From positions 1,152,001 through 1,216,000 of the forward strand of contig CAWFKH010000003.1 in the NCBI GenBank assembly GCA_963816355.1: a DNA stretch of 64,000 nucleotides, read 5' to 3'. This document shows, piece by piece, positions 18,064 through 27,196 of this stretch (within the stretch, counting starts at the first letter, position 1; each line of letters starts with the position of its first letter). The translations under genes were made by a program, and so were the position numbers. This DNA is from an uncultured Gemmatimonadales bacterium. GTDB lineage: Bacteria > Gemmatimonadota > Gemmatimonadetes > Longimicrobiales > RSA9. The notes under the pieces are model-generated. The model saw nothing but the letters and a program-made list of their open reading frames with translations, had not been told where the DNA came from and searched no databases.

Positions 18064-18764
18064 GCGCCCACCTCGCGCGCCCGCCGGGCGAGAATCACCT
18101 CGGCCAGCTCGAGGTCGGCGGGCCGCGTGATCTTCAGGTTCTCAACGGACCCGTCGACCACCTCGACGACGCCGCCGATGCGCTCGACGAGCGCGGCGTC
18201 GTCCGTCGCAGCCACGTCGCGCGGCGCCGCACGATACGCCTCGCGGATCATCGCGGCGGGAAACGCCTGCGGCGTCTGCGCGCGCCACAGGCCGCCGCGG
18301 TCCGGCGTCGCCACGACGCGGCGGTCGGGGTCGACCTGCTTCACCGTGTCTGCCATCGGAATCGCGGCCACGGCTCCGACCCCGCGCGCCGCGGCCTGCA
18401 GGACGCGGTCGAGGATCGGCCGTGTGACGAGCGGCCGCGCGCCGTCGTGAACGAGCACGATCTCCGCCTCCTCCGGCACCGCGGCGAGCGCCCGTTCCAC
18501 GGAGTCCCGGCGCTCGGCGCCGCCCGCCACCGTGCGCAGCTCCGGCCCCAGCTCCGTCAGCCACCGCGGCGGCGCGGCGGCCGCGGCCGCGGGCAGCGCG
18601 ACCACGATCGAGCGGATCCAGGGATGGGCGCGCAGCACGCGCAGCGTGTGCAGCAGAATCGGCTCGCCGCGCAGCGGCACGAACGACTTGGGCGAGCCGG
18701 CGCCGAGCCGCACCCCGGAGCCGGCCGCCGGCACGATCGCCGCCGCGAACGCCTCAGCCCCCAC
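18060..18764 (-). CDS. ispD: 2-C-methyl-D-erythritol 4-phosphate cytidylyltransferase
   Basis: PAAGSGVRLG, GGAERRDSV, VHDGARP, AQTPQAF, TDDA, NLKITRPADL. Confidence 0.95.
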   Translation of the reverse strand: MGAEAFAAAIVPAAGSGVRLGAGSPKSFVPLRGEPILLHTLRVLRAHPWIRSIVVALPAAAAAAPPRWLTELGPELRTVAGGAERRDSVERALAAVPEEAEIVLVHDGARPLVTRPILDRVLQAAARGVGAVAAIPMADTVKQVDPDRRVVATPDRGGLWRAQTPQAFPAAMIREAYRAAPRDVAATDDAALVERIGGVVEVVDGSVENLKITRPADLELAEVILARRAREVGA

Positions 18765-20142
18765 CGACGTGCTCCAGCAGGGCGCGCACGTCGGCGAGCG
18801 GCACGACGCGCGGTGAGGCGCCTTCGGCGGCGAGGCCGGCCGCGGCACGAGGCGCGATCACGTGCGTGAGCCCCATGCGGGCCGCTTCGGCGAGCCGGCG
18901 CTCGAGCTGGCCCACGGGGCGCAGCTCTCCGCCGAGCCCGACCTCGCCGACGAACGCGGCGGAAGGTGGCAGCGACGCATCGCGCACGCTCGAGGCGAGC
19001 GCCGCGACGACCGCGAGGTCCGCGCCCGTCTCGACGAGCCGCACTCCGCCCACGACGTTGAGAAAGACGTCCATCTCGCCGAAGCGCAGCCCGGCGCGCT
19101 TCTCGAGTACCGCGAGCAGGAGTGCGAGCCGGCGGCGATCGAAGCCGGCCGTCGCGCGCTGCGGCGCGCCATAGCTCGTCGGCGTGCAGAGCGCCTGCAC
19201 CTCGACGAGGAGCGGCCGCGTGCCTTCCATCGTGGCGGCGACGGCGGTCCCGCTCACGCGCACCGAACGATCGCCGAGGAAGAGCTCGGAGGGGTTCGCC
19301 ACGGGATCGAGCCCGTGGGAGCTCATGCGGAAGACGCCGATCTCGTCGATGCCGCCGAAGCGGTTCTTCGTCGCGCGCAGCACGCGGTGCTCGAGCGAGT
19401 CGGATCCCTCGAAGTAGAGGACCGTGTCGACGATGTGCTCGAGCGTCTTCGGCCCCGCCACGCTGCCGCCCTTCGTCACGTGGCCGACGAGGAAGACCGC
19501 GATGCCGCGATCCTTGGCGAAGCGCTGCAGCCGTGCCGCGCACTCCCTCACCTGGCCCACGCTGCCGGGGGCGCTCTCGAGATCCTCGGTGTAGAGCGTC
19601 TGGATCGAGTCGACGACGAGCACCGCCGGCTCCCGCTCCGCGGCGCTCGCCAGCACGGCGCCGAGCTCCGTCTCGCCGAGGAAGACGACGTCGGCCGCGC
19701 CTCCCTCGAGGCGGTCCGCGCGCAGCCGGACCTGCGCCGGCGACTCCTCGCCGGACACGTACAGCGTGCCGCGCCCGGCCGCCTCCAGCCGCGCCGCCAC
19801 CTGCAGGAGCAGCGTGCTCTTGCCGATCCCGGGCTCGCCGCCCACCAGCAGCAGTGAGCCGGGGACGATGCCGCCGCCCAGCACGAAGTCCAGCTCGCCG
19901 AGACCGGTGCGCCAGCGCTCGGTGTCCGCTCCGGCGACGTCGCCCAGGCGAACCGGCGTCGCCGGCCGCGGCGCGGCGGTCGCGTTCGCGGCGCCTCGCC
20001 GAGCGCGGGCGCCGCGGCCGCCGCGGGCGGAGGGCTCCTCGACCAGCGTGTTCCACGCCTCGCACGCCGGGCAGCGGCCCTGCCAGCGCGGGAATTCGTT
20101 CCCGCACTCGGTGCAGAAGAAGGAGGTCCGGGCTCTCGCCAT
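18754..20142 (-). CDS. radA: DNA repair protein RadA/Sms
   Basis: N-terminal C4 zinc finger, GGEPGIGKST, GHVTK, KNRFG, EGTRPLLVEVQAL, GEVGLGGE. Confidence 0.97.
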   Translation of the reverse strand: MARARTSFFCTECGNEFPRWQGRCPACEAWNTLVEEPSARGGRGARARRGAANATAAPRPATPVRLGDVAGADTERWRTGLGELDFVLGGGIVPGSLLLVGGEPGIGKSTLLLQVAARLEAAGRGTLYVSGEESPAQVRLRADRLEGGAADVVFLGETELGAVLASAAEREPAVLVVDSIQTLYTEDLESAPGSVGQVRECAARLQRFAKDRGIAVFLVGHVTKGGSVAGPKTLEHIVDTVLYFEGSDSLEHRVLRATKNRFGGIDEIGVFRMSSHGLDPVANPSELFLGDRSVRVSGTAVAATMEGTRPLLVEVQALCTPTSYGAPQRATAGFDRRRLALLLAVLEKRAGLRFGEMDVFLNVVGGVRLVETGADLAVVAALASSVRDASLPPSAAFVGEVGLGGELRPVGQLERRLAEAARMGLTHVIAPRAAAGLAAEGASPRVVPLADVRALLEHVGGG

Positions 20143-20153
20143 GGCGGCGGGCG

Positions 20154-21536
20154 CTACGGCTCGTCGCGGTAGGAGAACGACTCGAAGCGCGTGGACTCCC
20201 TGCGGAAGAAGAGCTCGACGACGCCGGTGGGGCCGTTGCGCTGCTTGCCGATGATCAGCTCCGCCTTGCCGGCGAGGCCCTTCTCCTGCGCGTCGATGGG
20301 CGTCTCGTAGTACTCCGGGCGGTAGAGGAACATGACGAGATCGGCGTCCTGCTCGAGTGAGCCGGACTCCCGCAGATCGGAGAGTTGCGGCCGGTGGTCC
20401 GCGCGCTGCTCGGGGGCGCGAGAGAGCTGCGAGAGGGCGATGATCGGGACGTGCAGCTCCTTCGCCAGCCCCTTCAGGCCGCGGCTGATCGCGCTCACCT
20501 CCTGCTGCCGGTTCTCGGCGTTCGCGCTTCCCTGCATGAGCTGGATGTAGTCGATGATGACGAGGCCGAGGTCCGGCTGCTCCACCTTCAGACGGCGCGC
20601 CTTCGCCCGCATCTCGAGCACGCTCAACACGCCCGAGTCGTCGATCCAGATCGGCGCCGTGTTGAGGTGCCCGGCCGCCTGCGCGAGGCGCACGAAGTCG
20701 TCGTCGGTCAGCCGGCCGCGCATCAGGTGGCCGAGGTCGACGAGCGCCTCCGCGCACAGCATCCGCTGCACGAGCTGCTCCTTCGACATCTCCAGCGAGA
20801 AGAGCGCGACGGGGACCTGATGCGAGATGGCGGCGTGAAGCGCGTAGCCCAGCGTCATCGCCGTCTTCCCCATGCTCGGGCGGGCCGCCAGGATGACCAG
20901 GTCGCCCTTCTGGAAGCCGCCCGTCAGCTCGTCCAGGTCGGAGAACCCGGTCGCCACGCCGGTCAGGCCGCCCGCCGCCGCCTGGATCTGCTCGATCCGC
21001 TCGAAGGTGGGATAGAGGATCTTCTTGATCCAGACGAACCCCTCGCGGTCGTTCGCCTGCGCGACCTGGAAGATCCGCTGTTCCGCCTCGTCGAGCACCT
21101 GGTCCACGGTGCGCTCGCCCGGCTCGTACGCATCGCGGATCACCTGCGACGACGCATCGATCAGCCGCCGCAGCAGCGCCCGCTCCCGCACGATGCGGGC
21201 GTGGTACTCCAGGTTCGCCGCCGTCGGCACCGCATCCAGCAGCTCGGCGAGGTACGCCATGCCGCCCACCGCGTCGAGCTCGTCCGTCTTCGTGAGCTCC
21301 TCGCTCACGGTCACCGGATCGATCACCTCGCCGCGCTGGAAGATGCGCGCCATGCAGCGGAAGATGCGCCGGTTCGCCTCCCGGTAAAACATGCTGTCGT
21401 CGACGATCTCGATCGCCTTCGCGACCGCGTCGCCGTCGATCAACATGCCACCGAGGACGCTCGTCTCCGCCTCCGGTGCGTACGGCGGCTGCCGGTCCGG
21501 CGCGGCCACCGCGAAGCCGCCGCTAACCCTGCTCAT
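20154..21536 (-). CDS. dnaB: Replicative DNA helicase
   Basis: AARPSMGKT, FSLEMS, IDYIQLM, LSQLSR, SDLRESGSLEQDAD, KQRNGPTG; no intein seen. Confidence 0.98.
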   Translation of the reverse strand: MSRVSGGFAVAAPDRQPPYAPEAETSVLGGMLIDGDAVAKAIEIVDDSMFYREANRRIFRCMARIFQRGEVIDPVTVSEELTKTDELDAVGGMAYLAELLDAVPTAANLEYHARIVRERALLRRLIDASSQVIRDAYEPGERTVDQVLDEAEQRIFQVAQANDREGFVWIKKILYPTFERIEQIQAAAGGLTGVATGFSDLDELTGGFQKGDLVILAARPSMGKTAMTLGYALHAAISHQVPVALFSLEMSKEQLVQRMLCAEALVDLGHLMRGRLTDDDFVRLAQAAGHLNTAPIWIDDSGVLSVLEMRAKARRLKVEQPDLGLVIIDYIQLMQGSANAENRQQEVSAISRGLKGLAKELHVPIIALSQLSRAPEQRADHRPQLSDLRESGSLEQDADLVMFLYRPEYYETPIDAQEKGLAGKAELIIGKQRNGPTGVVELFFRRESTRFESFSYRDEP

Positions 21537-22248
21537 CGAAGACCCGTCGCAGGAGCTGGAAGTCCTCCCACGCCGACCTCACCGCCCCCGGCGCGCGGAG
21601 GAGGTAGGCGGGGTGGTAGGTGGCCACGACGGGCACACCACCGTAGCTGCGCGGGCGGCCGCGCATCCGCCCCATGCTCTCGTCGGTGTCGAGCAGCAAC
21701 TGGCCCGCGAACCTGCCCAGGGAGAGCAGGACGCTGGGCGAGATCAGCTCGATCTGACGGCGCAGGTACGGCGTGCACGAGGCCACTTCGTCAGGCAACG
21801 GGTCGCGGTTGTTCGGGGGCCGGCATTTCAGGACGTTGCAGATGTAGACGCGCTCGCGGGGAAACCCCGCGCTGAGCAGCAGCAGATCGAGCAGCTTCCC
21901 GGCCGCTCCGACGAACGGCCGGCCTGTCCGGTCCTCCTCCGCGCCCGGCGCCTCCCCCACCACCACCACGTCCGCCACCGCCGAGCCTTCGCCGAATACG
22001 ACGTTGCGCCTCCCCTCGCACAGACGGCACCGCGTGCACTCCGACGCTTCCGCCGCGAGCACCTCCAGCGGCGTGCTGTCGGAGCGATCCACCTCCGCGG
22101 CGGCGGCCGCGCGTCCCCGCGGCGCGGCCGGGTGCAGCACCGCGGCCAGCGCCTGCGCGCTTCCGACGCCGTCCAGGATCCACTCGCGCTCGCCGAGCTC
22201 GAGGCGCTGCCGCAGGTATCGCAGCAGCGCACGCCGGGCGGGGGTCAT
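21523..22248 (-). CDS. Uracil-DNA glycosylase, family 4 (Fe-S type)
   Basis: CTRCRLC, VGEAPGAEED, GRPFVG, NVLKCRPPNNRDP, TYHPAYLLR; ATGA overlap with coaBC. Confidence 0.93.
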   Translation of the reverse strand: MTPARRALLRYLRQRLELGEREWILDGVGSAQALAAVLHPAAPRGRAAAAAEVDRSDSTPLEVLAAEASECTRCRLCEGRRNVVFGEGSAVADVVVVGEAPGAEEDRTGRPFVGAAGKLLDLLLLSAGFPRERVYICNVLKCRPPNNRDPLPDEVASCTPYLRRQIELISPSVLLSLGRFAGQLLLDTDESMGRMRGRPRSYGGVPVVATYHPAYLLRAPGAVRSAWEDFQLLRRVFDEQG

Positions 22249-23477
22249 ACGCGCGACGGGAGCAGCGTCTCCAGTCGATCGAGCACCGCCTCCGCCACCT
22301 CGTGCTTCGGCAGCAGGGGCAGCGTCCGCTCCGTGCCGCCGCTGTCGAGCAGCGTCACGCGGTTCGTCTCCGTCTCGAAGCCGGAGCCCTCTTCGTCGGC
22401 GCGATTCAGCACGATCAGATCGAGGCCCTTGTCGCGCAGCTTCCGCCGCGCCCCCTCGCCGCCGTCGCCGGTCTCCAGCGCGAAGCCGACGACGATCATC
22501 TCCGGCGGCCGGTGCGCGCGCGTCGTCAACAGGATGTCGGGCGCCTCCTCCAGCTCGACGAGAGGCGGTCCCGCCTCCTTCCTGATCTTCTGCTGGGACG
22601 GCGACTTCGGCCGGAAGTCCGCGACGGCGGCGGCCATCACCAGGACGTCCGCGTCCGCGATCGCCTGCCGCACCGCGTGCTCCATCTGGACGGCGGTCGC
22701 GACGCGCGTCAGCGACGGCCCCGGCGGCGGCGCGAGCTCGGTGGGGCCGGCAATCAGCTCGACGTCGGCGCCGCGACGCCACGCCGCCGCGGCGATCGCG
22801 AACCCCATCCGCCCCGAGGAGCGGTTCGACAGGACGCGCACCGCGTCGAGCGGCTCCCGCGTCGGGCCGGCGCTCACCACGACGCGGCGGCCGCTCAGGG
22901 GCGTCTCCCCCTCCAGTGCGCGGCCGATCTGCTGCACCACGACGTCCGGCTCCTCCATCCGCCCCTCGCCCTCACCCTCGCCCTGCGCGAGCGGGCCGCG
23001 GGAGGGGCCGACGAACGCGTATCCGAGCGACTCGTGCAGGTGTCGCGCGTTCGCCTGCGTCTGCGGATGGCTCCACATCCAGTCGTTCATCGCGGGGCAA
23101 AGGAGCACGGGCGCGCGCGTCGCGAGCAGCGTCGCCGCGAGCAGGTCGTCCGCGCGGCCGGCGGCGGCGCGAGCGAGGAAGTCCGCGGTCGCCGGCGCGA
23201 CGCAGAGCACATCCGCCTCACGGGCGAGCCGGATGTGCTCGAGGGCGCGCCCCGGCTCGATGAGCTGGGTGTGCACCGGCCGCCCCGTCAGCGCCTCGAA
23301 CGTGATGGGGCCGACGAACTCGCGCGCCGACGTCGTCATCACGACCTCGACCTCGGCGCCGAGCTGCGTCAACGCGCGGGCGACGTGCACCGCCTTGTAA
23401 GCGGCGATGCCGCCGGTGACGCCGAGCACGACGCGACGGCCCCGCCACGGGCGGCGCGGAACCAGCTCCAGCGACAC
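22245..23477 (-). CDS. coaBC: Bifunctional phosphopantothenoylcysteine decarboxylase / ligase
   Basis: GVTGGIAAYK, APATAD, PAMN, AGPTREPLDAVR, NRSSGRMG, AAAVADF, VGFALET. Confidence 0.97.
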   Translation of the reverse strand: MSLELVPRRPWRGRRVVLGVTGGIAAYKAVHVARALTQLGAEVEVVMTTSAREFVGPITFEALTGRPVHTQLIEPGRALEHIRLAREADVLCVAPATADFLARAAAGRADDLLAATLLATRAPVLLCPAMNDWMWSHPQTQANARHLHESLGYAFVGPSRGPLAQGEGEGEGRMEEPDVVVQQIGRALEGETPLSGRRVVVSAGPTREPLDAVRVLSNRSSGRMGFAIAAAAWRRGADVELIAGPTELAPPPGPSLTRVATAVQMEHAVRQAIADADVLVMAAAVADFRPKSPSQQKIRKEAGPPLVELEEAPDILLTTRAHRPPEMIVVGFALETGDGGEGARRKLRDKGLDLIVLNRADEEGSGFETETNRVTLLDSGGTERTLPLLPKHEVAEAVLDRLETLLPSRV

Positions 23478-23483
23478 GGCGCC

Positions 23484-23699
23484 TCAGGCGCTCTTGCGAC
23501 GCCGCTTCACCAGCCGGAACTCGAGCCTGCCCGAGGTGAGCGCCTCGAGCGACTGCGTCGTCAGCTTCTTCTGGGCTCCGAGCGGTACCGCCTCGCGAGG
23601 CAATGCGTTCAGCTCGCGGGCGTATTTGGCCGCGACGAGGACGCCGAGATACTTGCTCGGCGTGTGCTTCGCGACCGCGGACGGCGTGAAGACCTCCAT
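23484..23699 (-). CDS. rpoZ: RNA polymerase omega subunit
   Basis: SKYLGVLVAAKYAREL...KLTTQSLEAL; lies in the gmk-rpoZ-coaBC synteny. Confidence 0.85.
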   Translation of the reverse strand: MEVFTPSAVAKHTPSKYLGVLVAAKYARELNALPREAVPLGAQKKLTTQSLEALTSGRLEFRLVKRRRKSA

Positions 23700-23700
23700 G

Positions 23701-24351
23701 CTAACCTCTCCTCTCGAGAAATTCGTCGATCCCTTCGGCGACGCGGGCGAGCCGCGCCTGCAGATCCCCGTTCCGCGCGCGGCGGAGCCGTTCCGCCCGG
23801 ACGATCGCCTGCACCGAATCCACCGCGCGCTCGAGCTCGTCGTTCACCACGACGTAGTCGAACGCGTTCGCTTCCGCGAGCTCCGCCTTCGCGTTGAGCA
23901 GCCTGCGCCGCAGCTCGTCCCGCCCCTCGCTCGCGCGCCCCGCGAGTCGCCGCACCAGCGCGTCGGCGCTGGGCGGAAGCACGAAGACCAGCACCGCGTC
24001 CGCGAACGCGGAGCGCACCTGCCGCGCGCCCTGCACGTCGATGTCGAGGACGACCACGGCGCCCGCTGCGATCGCCCGCGCGACCGCCGCGCGCGGCGTG
24101 CCGTAGCGCCGGCCGTGCACCACCGCCCACTCCAGAAGGTCGCCCGACTCCAGCAGCGAATCGAAGTCGGCCTCTCCCACGAAGAGGTAGTCGACGCCTT
24201 CGCGTTCGCCCGGCCGCGCCGCGCGCGTCGTGGCCGAGACGGAGAAGACGAGGTCCTCGACGCGGGCGACCAGCGCCCGTGCGATCGACGTCTTGCCCGC
24301 CCCACTCGGCGCCGCGACGACGAGCGGAAAGCCGCGGCGGCCGACGCTCAT
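23701..24351 (-). CDS. gmk: Guanylate kinase
   Basis: APSGAGKT, SVSATTR, GEREGVDY, YGTP, LDIDVQGA, FDYVVVND. Confidence 0.96.
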   Translation of the reverse strand: MSVGRRGFPLVVAAPSGAGKTSIARALVARVEDLVFSVSATTRAARPGEREGVDYLFVGEADFDSLLESGDLLEWAVVHGRRYGTPRAAVARAIAAGAVVVLDIDVQGARQVRSAFADAVLVFVLPPSADALVRRLAGRASEGRDELRRRLLNAKAELAEANAFDYVVVNDELERAVDSVQAIVRAERLRRARNGDLQARLARVAEGIDEFLERRG

Positions 24352-25226
24352 TCGACGTTCTCGACCTGCTCGCGCAGACGCTCGATCTCGTTCTTGATCG
24401 CGACCACCTCGTGCTCCATCGGCGCGTCGTTCGCCTTCGAGCCGATCGTGTTCGCCTCGCGGTGCATCTCCTGCACCAGAAAGCCGAGCCGCTTGCCCGC
24501 CGGCTCCTCGGACGGCGCGTCGAGGATGGCGCGGAAATGCTCGATGTGCGAGCGCAGCCGGACCACCTCCTCGCCGACGTCCCAGCGCTCGGCGAGGTAC
24601 GCCACTTCGCGGGCGAGCCGCTCGTCGTCGACCGACGCCTCTGCCGCGAGCTCCGCGACCGCGCTCCGCAGCCGGTCGCGCTCGGCGACGAGCCGTGCCG
24701 GCGCGCGCTCCTCGACGCGCGCGACGGCGACGCCGATGGCTGTGAGCCGTTCCTCGAGGTCGAAGCGCAGACGACGCCCCTCCTCCTCCCGCATGGCGAC
24801 GACGGCGCGTCCCGCCTCCTCGATCGCTTCGCGCAGCGCTTCCGCCGGCACCTCGACCCGCGTCTCCTCGGCCTGCTCGAAGAGGCCGGGCATGCGCGCG
24901 AGCAGGTCGAGGTCGACGCCGCCGGCGAGGCCGAGCCGGTCCTTCATCTCGCGCAGCACGCGCTGGTACTCCCGCGCGCGCTCCTCGTTCAGCCGGATCG
25001 ATTGCGCCGGCTCTTGCGCCTCGAGCCGAATCGACGCGTTCACGTGGCCGCGGGGCAGGAGCGCGCGCAGCCATTCGCGGATCTGCTGGTCGTGGCGGTC
25101 GAAACCGGGCGGCAGCCTGAGATTGGCGCTGAAGAAGCGGTGATTGACCGTGCGAAGCTCCGCGCGCAGCCGGCCCGCCGGCGTCTCCACCTCCGCCTCA
25201 CCATACCCCGTCATGCTCCGAACCAT
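24348..25226 (-). CDS. yicC: YicC/YloC-family endoribonuclease
   Basis: SMTGYG, RTVNHRF, EEVVRLRSH, GKRLGFLVQEMHREANTIGSK, ERLREQVENVE. Confidence 0.93.
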   Translation of the reverse strand: MVRSMTGYGEAEVETPAGRLRAELRTVNHRFFSANLRLPPGFDRHDQQIREWLRALLPRGHVNASIRLEAQEPAQSIRLNEERAREYQRVLREMKDRLGLAGGVDLDLLARMPGLFEQAEETRVEVPAEALREAIEEAGRAVVAMREEEGRRLRFDLEERLTAIGVAVARVEERAPARLVAERDRLRSAVAELAAEASVDDERLAREVAYLAERWDVGEEVVRLRSHIEHFRAILDAPSEEPAGKRLGFLVQEMHREANTIGSKANDAPMEHEVVAIKNEIERLREQVENVE

Positions 25227-25306
25227 TCCACCTCCGATCCGTTGAAACTACGGCCGCCGCCGGCGGACGGTCAACGCATGGGGACTCCGGCGGGCGCGGG
25301 ACCCGC

Positions 25307-27196
25307 TCAGTTCCACAACTCCCACTTGACGCCGTAGACGACGCGCGCCGCCGGCAGCGTCCGGCCGGGCAGGTCCGCGAGGCTGCGCACGGCGCTCATG
25401 TTGTCGAAGCGGACGAAGGCGCGAACCGTCACGATGCGGATCTGCAGGTAGGCGTTCAGCACCGTCCGGGCCGGCAGCGAGACCACCTCCTGCCCTCCCG
25501 TGGACGGCACCGACATGACGCCGCGGCGGTCCGCTTCGAGGCGACCGAGGATCTCGAGGTTGCCGCTCCCCAGAGGCAACGTGTGGAGGACGAGACTCAC
25601 GCGGCCCTCCTCCTCCGGCAGGTAGAGCCAGCGGTCACCGCTCATCCAGTGGACGTAGCCGCCTTCGAGGAAGAAGTCGCGCCAGAGAATCGGGATGTGG
25701 CCCGACAACTCCCAGCCGCGCGTGTCCCCTCCGGGAAACGAGCGCGCGACCGAGTCGAACGGCACGCCGAAGGTGTAGACGGAGTCGGTGTGGAGGTCGA
25801 GCGCCGCGCCGGCGATGCGCGTCCCTTTCCAGGCGAAGCTCGCGCCCACCCGTGCGCCGTGCCCTGAGAGCAGGGGCGTCACGCGCTCGGGCGCGGTGCC
25901 GAAGATGGCGACGCCGCGCTTTCCGGCCGACACTTCGGCGAAGGGGGTCAGGCCGAGGAACGGGCCGAGCTCCGCCCGTCCCGTGAACGCCGACGCCGCC
26001 CCCGCGTCGCGCCACTGGTCCCACACCGCCTCCCCTGAAAGGCGGGCTCCGGCGAGGGGGGAGGCGGCCACGTGCAGCGCGCCCTCGAGGCGCGGCAGCC
26101 GGACCTGCGTGCGGTAGCGCACCTCGCCGGACGCGACCACCGGCCCCGTCTCCACGCCCAGCCGCGCCCCCATCTGGCGCGAGCGGACGCGCGGCCGACC
26201 GGCGTCGCCCGCGAGCGAATCCTCCGCCACCGACTGTCCCGCGAACGCCTCGAGCACGGCGTGGTCTCCCGGGAGCGACGTGCGCCCGCGGATGACGAGA
26301 TCGGAGCGGTCGAGGTTGCTGCCGAACGGGCTCTCGCCGCCGCGCTCGGTCGCGCTGCGCAGGTATTCCACCTGCACGCCGCGACGCTCGTTCACGAGCG
26401 ACCACTTGACCCACGCGCTGAACACGTTCGCCGGTTCCGCCCGATCCAGGCCGTCGCTCGCCGTGCGCTCGACCCCCGCCGAGAACGGCCCGACGAGGAA
26501 GTGCGGCGCGAGGTACACGCCGCGGAAGACCGTCAGGCCGAGCGGTTCACCCGCCTGCGCCTCGACCACGCTGTACGGCTGCGCCGCGAGCGGCTGGAGC
26601 GTGTGCAACTCGATGCGCACGCCGTTCAGGCCCCGCTCCACGCGCACGCTCTCCAGGTTGGCGAGCGGGAAGCGCGCGAGGTCGGTCGCGGCGCGCCCCA
26701 GCGGATCGAGCGCGAAACCGTCGAGAACCACTTCCATGCGCCGTCCCCCGCTGCCCCATGCCGACACCGTCTCGGGCGCGCCGTAGTAGCCGTTGCGCAG
26801 ACCGGTGATGCCCGGCACGCGGGAGAGCAGGTCCGTCAGCGTCGTCGCACCGCTGCGCATGAGGTCGGCGCGGGCCCACGCCCACGCCCCCGCTGAGAAG
26901 CCGGTGTCCGCGGGCGCCGGCAGCGCGACCAGCGGCGGCGGCGGAAGCGCGGGAGGCAGCGAGTCTCCGGGCGCGCCGGCGCTGTCGACGGGCGTCCCGG
27001 CCGTCTTCGCGGCGGCGCCGGTCGTGTCCACCACGACGGTGTCGGGTGGTGGCCGCTTCGGCTGCGGCTGCCCCTGCGCGGCGGCTGCCTTCGGCGCCGC
27101 GAGGATGGCGAGAGTGAAGGCGGCGGGAAGGAGAGCGCGAAAAAACGCCCCCGACCGTGGCCGGGGGCGCGCCGCTCCCCGGCGCGGCCACCTCAC
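25307..27196 (-). CDS. Exported, probable outer-membrane beta-barrel protein with a TonB-receptor-plug-like N-terminal domain
   Basis: Signal peptide (AAAAQ), Pro-rich linker, plug-like GATTLTDLLSRVPG...VVLDG...LESVRVERG, amphipathic strands, C-terminus YGVKWELWN; GTGA overlap with pepA. Confidence 0.65.
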   Translation of the reverse strand: MRWPRRGAARPRPRSGAFFRALLPAAFTLAILAAPKAAAAQGQPQPKRPPPDTVVVDTTGAAAKTAGTPVDSAGAPGDSLPPALPPPPLVALPAPADTGFSAGAWAWARADLMRSGATTLTDLLSRVPGITGLRNGYYGAPETVSAWGSGGRRMEVVLDGFALDPLGRAATDLARFPLANLESVRVERGLNGVRIELHTLQPLAAQPYSVVEAQAGEPLGLTVFRGVYLAPHFLVGPFSAGVERTASDGLDRAEPANVFSAWVKWSLVNERRGVQVEYLRSATERGGESPFGSNLDRSDLVIRGRTSLPGDHAVLEAFAGQSVAEDSLAGDAGRPRVRSRQMGARLGVETGPVVASGEVRYRTQVRLPRLEGALHVAASPLAGARLSGEAVWDQWRDAGAASAFTGRAELGPFLGLTPFAEVSAGKRGVAIFGTAPERVTPLLSGHGARVGASFAWKGTRIAGAALDLHTDSVYTFGVPFDSVARSFPGGDTRGWELSGHIPILWRDFFLEGGYVHWMSGDRWLYLPEEEGRVSLVLHTLPLGSGNLEILGRLEADRRGVMSVPSTGGQEVVSLPARTVLNAYLQIRIVTVRAFVRFDNMSAVRSLADLPGRTLPAARVVYGVKWELWN

